From Geosiphon pyriformis uo1 (Eukaryota; Fungi; Glomeromycota): a stretch of DNA of 64,000 nt. A program made the position numbers and the translations under genes. The notes under the pieces were generated by a model. That model worked only from the letters and a program-made list of their open reading frames with translations, was not told where the DNA came from and searched no databases. The stretch is taken from assembly GCA_016748015.1 (NCBI GenBank), contig JAAOMT010000299.1:533090-597089 (forward strand), read 5' to 3'. This document shows, one piece after another, positions 50,613 through 62,249 of the stretch; within the stretch, counting starts at the first letter, position 1; each line of letters begins with the position of its first letter.

Positions 50613-53600
50613 TATAGGTAATTATTTATATTTGCCACAACAATCAGAAGAATACTATGAAGCATACAACAAAAATGATTTAGACTTTATTGAACTCAAT
50701 TTTTTGCTCTTCTGCTTAATTTGCTTCTCCATTAAAAAACAATTCAGTAGACAATTTTAAAACTTTTGGAACTGGTTCTTGAACAAGCATTTAGCTAAAA
50801 TCTATATAGTCTATACAACCTATTTCTTTGATTAAGCTTATTTTGAAGACAACTTTGAAAAAAGAAACAACAGTATCAATTAGCTTTTATATTTCACAAC
50901 TTTTGAATAACAGCCTCTTAATTCTGAATATCTAAATCATTAAATTCATATTTGGATTGCTGCTTCATTAGCTAGCAAAAACACTCTTTAAAACAAAAGA
51001 AAAAAGCTATCAAACTGCTCTTGTTTTTAATCTCTTTTCAAGTAAATCAAAACATTCTACACAAACAGTTATTTCTGAACCAATGGCTCAAGACCCTATA
51101 CAACAAAACATTTTAATTGTCCTTCAAGGCATACAAATTGCTTTAGGGTAAAGAAATAATATCCCATTACTATTATTTAGAGACGATATATAAGATCTAA
51201 TTGAATGATTGAATGACTTTGAAAGAGCTGCCACAGCTAACTAATATAATAATGAATACAAATTTCAAATTGTTGGTGGCTATCTTCAAAGCTCTTCTGC
51301 TATTTGGTTCTTACAAAAAACCAATACCAATGCTCAACAAAGAATTATTAAATGGGCACCAACAAATATTGGAAAAGACAACATTTCTTTTACTATCTGG
51401 TTTGAAATGAAATTTAGAACTCTTATCTTAATATCCAAATAACACATGGAATTAGAAAAAAAAACCCAAAATTCTGGTGAAGTTGTAACTAAATATGCCA
51501 AAGCAATCAGAAAGTTAATTAAGCAAGTAGACTTTGAAAAAAACTAGACAAAAGAACAGAAAACTCACTCCTTTACAAAAGGATTGAAAACTGATTTTTT
51601 ATATGCTCTTTGGCCTCTCCTGGCCCTAAAAAACAATCTCACAATGGACATGGTCATTGAACTTGCCCAATGAATTGAAAACAACCAAAAAATGCATTTG
51701 GAATTCACACTTCTAGTTTTTGCTTTTGCTCCTGTTATGGCCCTTGTTTTCTAAATGGCTGTGCCTCTTTTGCTGCCCAAACTTAAGACCCAAATGAACA
51801 GTTGATAGACAGACTTACAGCTAATCTTGTCTGGTTATTAAAACCTTTAGCCTAAGCAGTCAGAAATAATTAACAACCACAAAAACCCAGATTTGAACTC
51901 TATTTTAATCAAACCCAACAACCCTTTTATCAAAGACAGCAAAATCATGACCCATCTGTGTGCTATTACTGTGGATTAACTGGACACTTTTCTAGAAATT
52001 GCAACAATTTTCCATTGCCTCTTCTAGTTTCTAAAAACAATAACAATTAAACTAACAGAATCATTAATAACAATACTCTTAATTAAAAACCCAATCATGC
52101 CAACATCAATTTTTTTGGAGAGAATTTCCTAGTTAAAACCACTATTTATTAGCCTTTAAACTAGTAGGTGTATCTTCAAAGGGTAAAAGTGCAAGCCAAC
52201 CAGAAAAAAACCTTTTTTACACTTTTAATCTAACTGATGATGACCATGACATGAATAAACTAGCAATCAACACTTCTGAATCAACAAAAAAAAAAGCCAA
52301 GGTTGATTTTGTTCTAGATTCAAAAAAAGCATCTACATTAACTGCTGATAACAATAAGCCACCAAAGACTAAAGTTTTTAAAAATTCTCCAAAATTGGAA
52401 CTCACAAAGATAGTACAAAAATCTGGTCCTTATTCTGTTGTTAAAAATTTCATAGAAACTCCAGCATACATTACATTTGGCCAACTAATAACTTATTCAT
52501 AGTTCAGAAAAAAATTTTGCAAATCATTGATTTTAAAAAAGAAGACACCAAAAACCAATAAACACCATTGCCAAGCTAGACTCACTAACAACAGCAATGT
52601 TACTTTTCTGATTTGCAAAGCCCAAATGGCTGGTTACTTTACTGATTTAATTCTAAACAGTAAATTATTTGTTAGTATAATTGTCAAATACTTTCTGAAA
52701 GCCATTAGAAGAAAAATTGATAAATCTTTCACTCAGCCTATGACCAATGTACATGGTGACAAAAAAAAAGGCCTGAGCATAGCCAAAGCTGTTTCTGTTC
52801 ATATTAATGGCATCAGCATTAAAACTAATATGGAAGTATTTAAAGTAAAAGAGTACATCATAATTATTGGCAATAAGTGGCTCAAGAAAGCCAAAGCATT
52901 ACTTGACTATAAACTTTGTAAGCTAACTATTAGATGTGATAAAAAGCCTATTATAGTTAAGTGCTATTATTGGACAACTCCTTCAATACCCAAGCAAAAC
53001 CAAAAAAAAGAACAATCAGATAAATTAGATAATGATAAAAGTGATGAAAAAAAAGATCAAGAAGAACAAAAAAAAACTGTTGAACTTACCTATACTATCT
53101 TTACCAGCAATGACAAACTACTGAACAATATTAAAGCTGACAAAGAAGAAATCATGATAAATGGCAAGCTAATCTGCTGGCTCTACTATAATATCCTCAA
53201 AAAAACTTTTGATAAAAAACCTGGCAAGAAAGCAAAATACAGTTATTAGTAGTATGGCTTTTGTGTTAAGTGTTAATGCAATAAACCTTTGTATTCTTCT
53301 AGTGATGAATACAGGTCCTGCCTGATTTATTACAAAAATTGGGAGCCAATTAGTTTGATATTTAGAGAAGAACTAAAAAAAGTACAGAAGTTCTTTAAGA
53401 ATAAACCACCTAAAATCTAATTACTAATTGTAGAACAAAGAGAACCTTCTTTTGAAGAAAGAAAAGTGGACATTGAAAATCTGTTGGCTAGAAACAGTCC
53501 AGTTATTTCAAAAAAAGGTAATATCTCTAAATGAACCCATGTAATACAACACACTATTACCATAAAAGAAACTCATCTCATCTATTTGAAGCCTTATTAA

Positions 53601-56600
53601 TCCAATCAACACAATAATAAGTTCATCAAAAAAGAGATAAACCAGATGAAAAATCTTGAATTCATACAAAAAACCAAGAGTAAATAGGCTTTCCCAGTTG
53701 TAGTAATATTCAAAAAAAGTGGAATTCTACACTTCTATGTTGATTACTGCCAATTAAATGCCATCACTATAAGAAACATATATCTATTCTCCAAAATTGA
53801 TGCAATGCTAGATAAATTCAATAGTGCTGCTTTTTTCTCAACTATTGACTTAACTGCTGAATTCTAGCAAGTAAAAATGAATCTGAAAAGCAGAAAAAAA
53901 ACTGCCTTTATTACCAAGTATGGCACCTATAAATTCACAGTTATGCCTTTTGGTTTCACTAATGCTTCTCCCATTTTTCAATGCTTAATAGACAAAGTAT
54001 TTAAATCAGTAAAAAAAAACTTTGTTCTAATCTACTTAGACAACATAATGATATACTCAAAAATCTGGAATAAACATTTTAAACACTTGTAAAAAGTTTT
54101 TGACCTGCTCAGAAATGCTGGCCTTAAGATCAACTTAATCAAATCTTTCTTTGGATAACAATCCATTCAATTCTTTGGTCACCTTATTACAAAAAATGGA
54201 ATCTTTCTTGACCTAGCTAAAGTTGAAAAAGTTCAAAACATTAGACAACCAATAAATATTTCTGAACTATGCTTTTTCTTTGGTTTGGCTTCTTACTATC
54301 ACAAATTTATCAAGAATTTCTCCAAAATAGCCTTTCTTTTTAATTAGCTACTTAGGAAAAATGTCAATTATTATTGGAGCACTTATTAACAAAAAGCTTT
54401 TGAAATTTTGAAAGAAAAACTTGTTACTAAACCAATTTTCAAGCAACCTGATCTGGACCAACTTTTCATTCTTTATACTAATACATCTGGCTATAGACTT
54501 GATGCTGTCCTTTCACAAAAAAATGAAAATGACAGAGAACATGTTATAGCATATGTCAGTAGATCTCTTACACCAGCAGAAAAAAACTATTTAGTAACTG
54601 AACAAGAATGCTTAGCAGTAGTTTGGGCTACTAATTACTGAAATTAATATTTTCTTGGTGTAAAATTCTTAATAATAACAAATTATCAAGTCTTGGTTTG
54701 ACTGCACAATAAAAAAAAGCTGGAACACAAATGAATAACTCACTGAATATTCTATTTGGATGAATTTAACTATAATATTCAACACCATAAAGAAGCAAAT
54801 TATCAAAATATCAACACTTTCTCTAAACTTACCATCTAGTAACAGTACAAGTTTCTCAAACTAACTCACCTTAATTATTAGTAACTTCTCTTTTGACAAA
54901 CACAATAATAGACTTGGACAATTACTCTGCCTTAATAAAATTTTTGGGTAAAGAACAATACCCATTAGAATACACTTGACAGCAAAAAGAATATTTGCAC
55001 AAACAATTAAATTTTTATTTAATTCACCAAAACCAATTATATAAAAGAAACAAAAAAAATCCTAATCACTTTCAAAGAGTTATCAGGTTTGAAGAAAGAG
55101 AAATTGTAATATACAACATACACACTAACTCATTAGCCAGACACTTTGGAAAAACAAAAACAATTCAGAAAACTTTAGCTCACTATTATTGGTTTACCAT
55201 AGGAAAAAATATTGCTGAATACATCCAAACCTGTGACATCTGCCAAAAAAGAGGCAAACCCAATTGCAAAAAAGATATCTATCCAATCTCTGTTGGTTAA
55301 CCATTTGACAGAATTGGTATAGATGTTGTTGGATCTTTAACAATAACTCCTGATAAAAACAGATATATTATTATAACTACTGACTATCTTACAAAATTGG
55401 TAAAAGCAAGAGCTACTCCAAACTAAACAGCAGTCTCAATAGCCAATTTTATTTATAAAGATATTATCTGCTATTATGGCTGCTATTACTGGAAGATTTT
55501 CACACTTTTCAATACAAAAATTACAACACATACAATGAAAATTAACATCAAAATCATGTGAAAAAGACTTACATCATTGCACTTAATCAACAAATTCAGC
55601 TGGCAATCTGAAAATAAATGATCAGCAATCAATCTAATTACAACAAAGAAATATGGCACAATCCAACAGTTTAACTAAGTTGAATACAAAGAAATCTTGG
55701 CAAACTAAGAAACACCAATGGAAATGAATGATTGATGCATGTAATCAGATAACAACAGACTTTGTTATGTTTCAAAATTCTTATATGTTTTTATTGGAAC
55801 AATCTAACATTCCAGATTCTTGATCAATGATTAAAAGTAGTTACCAAAAAATGTAATCAATTAATCTACTTTTGATTATATTGATCATAATCACAATTGG
55901 TATCATTGATTTACAATCAATGTTCTAGATCCAGCCATCTAAAAACTGATCATCTAAATTACTAGCTTTTGGATAAATAATAGACCAAGTAAGTTCATCA
56001 TAAATTGATTAATTAAATGTATATAAATAATTGATGTATTTTAAATAGTTTTAATATAGTATATAGATCTGATGTAATTTAGTTATATATACAGCCTCTC
56101 TGTTAGCTCAGGAAAGTATTAGTTCAATACTGAGCCAATTCTTTGCTATAGTTTTATAGTAAGCAGTTAGTTTTTTCCTCTACCTCTTACTCTTTCTTTC
56201 TTTTTTTCTATGCTCTAAATACTTGTCATTACAATCTTAAGTATGCCTTCCTATATTCTTTATCACCATTTGAAATCACGTTATCTATAACTTTTTACTT
56301 ACTTGTTAACAAAATTATCAAGCTTTCTATTACTTTTGATCTTCCAAATTATGTGTTATCACCATTTTACATTAAGTTTTGTTTCACCAAACAAGTTGTT
56401 AAAATATTAAAATAAGTAATAAAGTATCATGTTGTTAGAGAGTGGTCTCAACAATAAAAAGTTAAATCTATTTCAGTTATGTTTTACTCCTACAATTTTT
56501 ATAATTTTTATAACTTTGTTTTTAAAGCAGACATTTGAACACTACACTCTTTCGACAACTAATTAAAAGAATTCTGGTTACAATTTTCTTAAGTAGTTTT

Positions 56601-57622
56601 GGTTTCTCTTTATTACTGGTTGCATTTCTAATACATATAAAGAGATGTAACTTTTCTTTCCCCTTTAAAATACCTAAGACTGGTTCTTGCCCAAAAACAA
56701 ATAATAATAACAATACTTTCTCTTACTTTTAATGACTTTATTATATACCTTTTTTTGCTCTCCCACTTATTAAAATAGTTCATACACCCATGATATGCTA
56801 TAGTTTGTAGCATAATTATAGTAATGTGTATTACCAGTTGAGCTAATAAATGTTTTCTAATACCAATAAAAACCACTGATAATACTGCCCTAAAAAACTT
56901 TTATCTAATAGAAAAAGAGCTTTTCTTAGTACTTTGATTAAAAAACTTTGTAGAAAAATGAGAATACATCATAAACTTTCTTCTTTTTATCACCCTCAAA
57001 CAAATAACTTAGTAGAACATTTTAATAGAACACTATGTGAAACTCTAGCCAAAACCAGTGAAGAAACAAACTTATAAGACAAAATACTGTCTTCAGCTTT
57101 GTTTGCTTATAGAACTGTGAATCATAACATAACAAGTTATAAATCTTTTTATTTGCTCTATGGACACATAACAATACTACTAATAGAAACTAACATTGAG
57201 ACAATACTCTTTGAAGAAATTACAATAGGAAATTACAAAAACATTTTGCAAAAAAGACTTGATACCATTCTTGACTCTTTGGTAGAAGCATGAATAATTG
57301 TTTTTGAAAAGATAAAACAGTTCCAAAAAAAGCTTAAAAAAAAACCTATAAAACACTTTCTTTAAGTATTGGTAATTTGGTATTGGAATACTGTTTAAAC
57401 AAAGACAATGTCTATGGTAATAAATTTTTTAGCCAGTAGAAAGAACTCTTTATAGTCAACAAAGTTTTAAACAATGGTTCTTATATTTTTCAAGATTAAT
57501 CCAGAACAATCTTCAATGATTGTTCTGTTCACAGTACACAATTCAAGAAATATCATAAACAACCTGATTGGTTGTCTGTTGTGGTAATACCGACCCAAAT
57601 AATCAACAAAAATCAAGTATAA
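50613..57622 (+). pseudogene. Element A1 gag, pol and integrase (heavily degenerate; integrase split by a solo LTR)
   Basis: Colinear with A2 with many more stops. TTTAAAC at 52155-52161; integrase from about 54908. Confidence 0.88.
55484..56884. mobile_element. Solo LTR of a fourth family (D), 1401 bp, inside the A1 integrase
   Basis: TSD CTGC at 55480-55483 and 56885-56888; decayed termini TATTA...TAATA; the integrase frame (CYYGC|PKKLLSN) rejoins across it; no coding content. Confidence 0.78.
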
Positions 57623-57663
57623 ATAAATGCACCATTCCCAAAACAAAGGTATTTTCAATCAAC

Positions 57664-58320
57664 ATGAACAATTATTTTCTGGATTAAAACATTCAAAATG
57701 CCTTCTATACTCTCCATAAGTATTGGATCAAAAACTATCCAAATGCTACTCTGACCATTGGAAAACAGACCACCATAACTGATAACAATGGAACACATAC
57801 TGTTATTAGACCAAAGAAAACTACTACCAGAAGAGAAAAAATTGGTAACAAAATGGATAAATATCTGTTGGAAAGTATAACAGCAGCTATACTCTCACCT
57901 TTCAGCACAATTAGAAAAACACTCCAAGAAATCTTATTCATAGACAAAAACTTGTCATATGAAAGGCAATTAGAACTTTATAGTTACCTTGGTAAAATTA
58001 TAGAGAATATGAAACTCATGAAGAAAACAACTTCAGAGATACAGGCAGAAATTTTGGGCATTATATGGTTAGATGTTCCAAGAGTTTTAACTATTGCTAG
58101 AAGAGCCAAAACTTTAATACAAAGATTTGGTCTCTTGGATACAAAACTCATTTTGCCTTAAGTGTTATATACCTTATCCACAAAAAACTTTAACAAACTA
58201 GTTAGCTTTGAGTTAAACAAAACCCTTCAACTAGATTACACCATAAATAGCTTAATTTCACCAGAGTTCAATTTTTTTAAAAAGGATGATGTTATGATTG
58301 AAACTTATACTTCTTATTAA
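57664..58320 (+). pseudogene. Element A1 accessory ORF3
   Basis: 657 bp, colinear with A2 ORF3, with a few stops. Confidence 0.8.
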
Positions 58321-59007
58321 TTATTACATATATTAGCCACTGATGTCATATAAATTAGCCACTTTATTTTTAGAAAGTGATCATTGATCTGATTAATGAC
58401 CTAACCATTGATCTGATTAATGACCTGATCATTGACTTAATCATTGACCTAATCATTGACCTGATCATTGACTACTTTTGATAGCTATATAAGTAATAAG
58501 TCTTTTAGCTGTAGAAAAGCATATAGAAATCAAGAAAATAAAATAAATAAAATAACAACTTTTATCTCAATCTTTCTTTTATTGCTAATTTCTCTTTTCT
58601 TACCTTCAAGTATCTGAACATCTTGGGATAAAAGATCACTTGTTGGTTATTCTTTACCTTTTTCCTGAAATGTGTAATTGCAGCATTTAAAGATTATTGA
58701 ATAAAACATGATTGAAGAATACATCTGATATCTGATATTGAATTCTAAGAGTGTTGACATGAGGCATAGAATTATATTAAGCATGATTATTTATTGACAG
58801 TACAGACTATTTCTCTACTTTCAAATTTCTGGTTATTCTTTGAAAAGTACAGCAACTGAGATATTTTATAAGACTGATCTCACATATTGAATCCTTATTT
58901 ATTCAATTTGCTCTTTGAAATTGAATTCCCTTTGATTCCTCTTATTACCCTACAATCCTGTTTTTCCTTGCTATCTGTTAGTTTATTACTCCAACTCGTA
59001 ACAATAT

Positions 59008-59500
59008 CATTGGTTAAAGACTTTATAATAAAAGAATAAATAATTAACACAATATATTTATTGAGTAGTAGTTCTAATAGAATGTCTTTGGTTATTAATT
59101 TAGTTTGGAATTTTACTAAGGATCACAGATTTATTATATAGTTACTGACTATTAAGCTATATGTACATTATAAAAAAAGTGGTTTTTTATTATAAAATAG
59201 ATTCATAATATCAACCAAATCTGATTTGGTTTCCTTGTAATCTCTAAATTTGATTTTTGATTTTAATATTAGACTAGGTGTTTATATTTGTTTTGATTTG
59301 TATCCTTATTTATCTGATATACAATTTGGCTTTTTGTGTGACTTTCTTATTGTTAGTGGTTTAAGTGTTTAGTGTTGTTTTAATTGGTTCAAGTAACTAA
59401 TCACATATAGAAAATGCATAAGCCATATTTAATATAAGAGATTGATTTTTATAATCTTAGATAGTAATTAGGCTTTACTTATTAAATATTTAATAAAAAA
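59008..59500 (+). mobile_element. LINE copy 1, 3' end with A-rich tail (continuation beyond A1, internally deleted)
   Basis: 59370-59500 resembles the 3' UTR and tail of LINE copy 2 (61730-61865). Confidence 0.65.
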
Positions 59501-59640
59501 ATATATATATATTATTATTATTTTTGCTTTTAAAAAAATTTTAATATTGTTAATATTATAATTAATATTTTAAAAAAAATTATATTTAATAAAAAACTCT
59601 AATTATTAATATTATTTTAAGTATTTATTTTATTTATTAT

Positions 59641-61865
59641 AAATTTTGTCAATCTGGTTCTAAAAAAAGCCATCTCAGATAAACAGTTCTTATATTTAGT
59701 GTTGGCTGTTCTTTATCCTATTGTTAGCTATAGAACACAATTTAGTTTTGTTTCAGTTGGTGTATGTAACAAGTGGAATGCTTTGATTTGTGAAAGCTTG
59801 AAGTCCAAGTCAGGTCTCCCTATCAATTTTTCTAGTGATATGATCTACCACCCTTTATTTTATGATTTGAAATTTTTTGTCCAACTTTAGTCTAAGAATA
59901 AAGTGGCTTTCCTTATTAGCTTTGTGAATTCTGGTGAAATTTTAAGTTGTTTGTTTGCTCACAGATCTCATGACTTGCAAGTTTTGTATTGGCATCTTGT
60001 TTATCCTTTAAGTTTTTCTGTTTATATTTGGATTAGTTTATTTGATAACTTTTTGGCAAACATGATTCATATTCTTCTAGAGTGCAATTTGTTCTTGAAT
60101 GGCTCTTTTAACAGTTTTTTTTATTTTTGTGATGGGGTGCCCATGTCTGCTGTTCTTGGTGAGCTGAAATTTTTTAAGTATCTTCTTTCTCTTCAGAGAT
60201 ATGGCATTGCCTTTGTGGATCAACTTCATAATCATCATGGTGCTGTTTATAATTGGTACACTTTCAAATGGTAGAAGAAATTGGACCTCTACAGCCCACT
60301 TCTGAGTGGTTTAAGCTTTCTACTGCATTTCTTGATAACATGATTTCTTCTCCTACACATCCTACTATTTTGAATGATATTAGTCTTCTGAGTATTCTTA
60401 AGTCATGCAACTTTGGCTTTGTTTGTGATCAGTTTTCTTGGATTGTTTTTGGCAGTTTTTTAGTATATACAGATAGGTTTCTGAAAAATCTGAGTACAGT
60501 TAACAAGAAGACTGGTGCTGTGGTTTTTTTTGAAGACATTAATTTGGGTTTGGATGTAGATGTTTTAGGTTTGATGTCATCTATCTTAATGGAAATATAG
60601 GCTATTGCATTGGTTTTGGAGTGTGTTCCCCCTTTTAGCTCTGTTTGCTTGTTTTCAGATAGTTAATCTGCTTTGGATGCTTGTAAGTCAGAATTGGGTC
60701 TGATGTCCCCAGACTTTTACAATCAATACTGGGTTGAATGTTAACATATTGTTAATGTTGTTTGCAGTAAGAATTTAAGGGTCTTCTGGTTCAAGATAAA
60801 AGGCCACTTCAGTATTTTGGAGAATGAGCATACTGATGCCATTTCTTTCTCTAATTGGTATCTTCCTCTATATTTAAATAAACACTTTTTGGTAGCTAAT
60901 GGTTGTATGATTTCCGACAACTTTAGATACTTTGTTTGCAATGTTTTTTGTTTCATTTGTTGTACTTATTAAGAAGTTGGTTCTGGTTCCACATTTTTAA
61001 ATGGTAATCTGCATTCTGATGTTGATTGGCTTAGCTTTTTGTTAGTATGACATCCTGATTTGCACATGGCCACCAGTTTTACTAACAGGCCTACTGCTTT
61101 TGCATGCACTTATTTTATGAAAGCTTTGCATTATTGGCTGCCTGTTGTTGTTTAGAAGTGACTTTATAACCAACATTACTCTAGTGTATTGTGTTTGTAT
61201 TGTGGTATTGTGAAGGTGTCAGATTATGTTTTTTCTTGTAACATTGATGGTTCTACTCATCTTCAGATATTAGATACCTTTATAGCTTTTTGAAAGACTC
61301 TTTCTAGTCTCTCTTATTTTTTATCATATGTGTTACAGCTGTTATCATTCAGTGTTTCTAATGTTTTTGTCTCTATGATTTTTTTTAAGGATTTTGTTTT
61401 TGATGATTGGCTTTGTAAGACTATCTCTGTTTTCCATGATCTCAAGATTGCTAGTTTAAAGATTATTGAGTTTGTGCATTTTTTCTGTCTTGCTTTTAGG
61501 AACAATGTCTGATTGATTTGGATTAAACATTGTGCATACATGAAAAAGTATGGTCTGATCTTTTTAGATAGGTCAGTTCTTGTTTTGGTTTTTGGTTTGG
61601 CTATGGGTTATTGGCTGATGTGATTAAATTGCTTGGCATTACTAAAGCATTTGGTGTTCACTTTGGTTTTTATAGGCATTGTTTATTTTTTTTAGATATT
61701 GGTAATTCTGTTTCAGTTTATATAGCTGAATAATGTTATTTTAATCGGCTTGAGTAGCTGGTTGTGTGTAAAAAATGCATAATTCACACTTAGTATAAAT
61801 TATTTCCTTAATGTATAGTTCTAGACAGTATTTGGACTTTACTCATAAAGTGTAAAAAAAAAAAA
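59641..61865 (+). mobile_element. LINE copy 2, 5'-truncated: post-RT region, RNase H, C-terminal Cys motif, 3' UTR, poly(A)
   Basis: KAISDKQFLYLV matches copy 1. RNase H relics VYTDRFL, EI*AIAL, FSDS and KIKGHFSILENEHTD; CLYCG; poly(A) at about 61854-61865. Confidence 0.8.
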
Positions 61866-62249
61866 TTTATAAATAATTTTTTTTTTATAAAAAAACAAAT
61901 TGGTATTTTTGATAAAATTGATATTAATTTTAAAATAAAATAATATATTTAATAAATTTAATAATAATATGGTTAATAATAATCAAAATTTTTATTAGTA
62001 AAAAATAATAATTTTTAAAAGCTTTAAATCTTAAATTTTAAATAAAACTGCTATATAATTGGCCAGTTTGGTTTTTAATAATAATAATTTAATTGTAATT
62101 ATGTAAAAAATAGTTGTTTTAAATAAGTTTTTTTTTGTAAATTTATTAAATTTAGTTTTAACTAGTATTATCAAAAAATTTTATTTTTTAAATTGTTATT
62201 AATATTATTTTGCAATTTTATTGTTGATAAAAATTAAAAAATATAAAAA

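Larger units (their letters stand above)
22119..59003 (+). mobile_element. Ty3/gypsy LTR retrotransposon A1 (family A), full length, degenerate; outermost LTR element of the nest
   Basis: 5' LTR 22119-22624 + 50424-50562; 3' LTR 58290-59003; TSD ATAT at 22115-22118 and 59004-59007; PBS at 50569; PPT before 58290; gag, PR, RT (YLDN), RH, IN and ORF3 at 50.6-58.3 kb. Confidence 0.92.
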
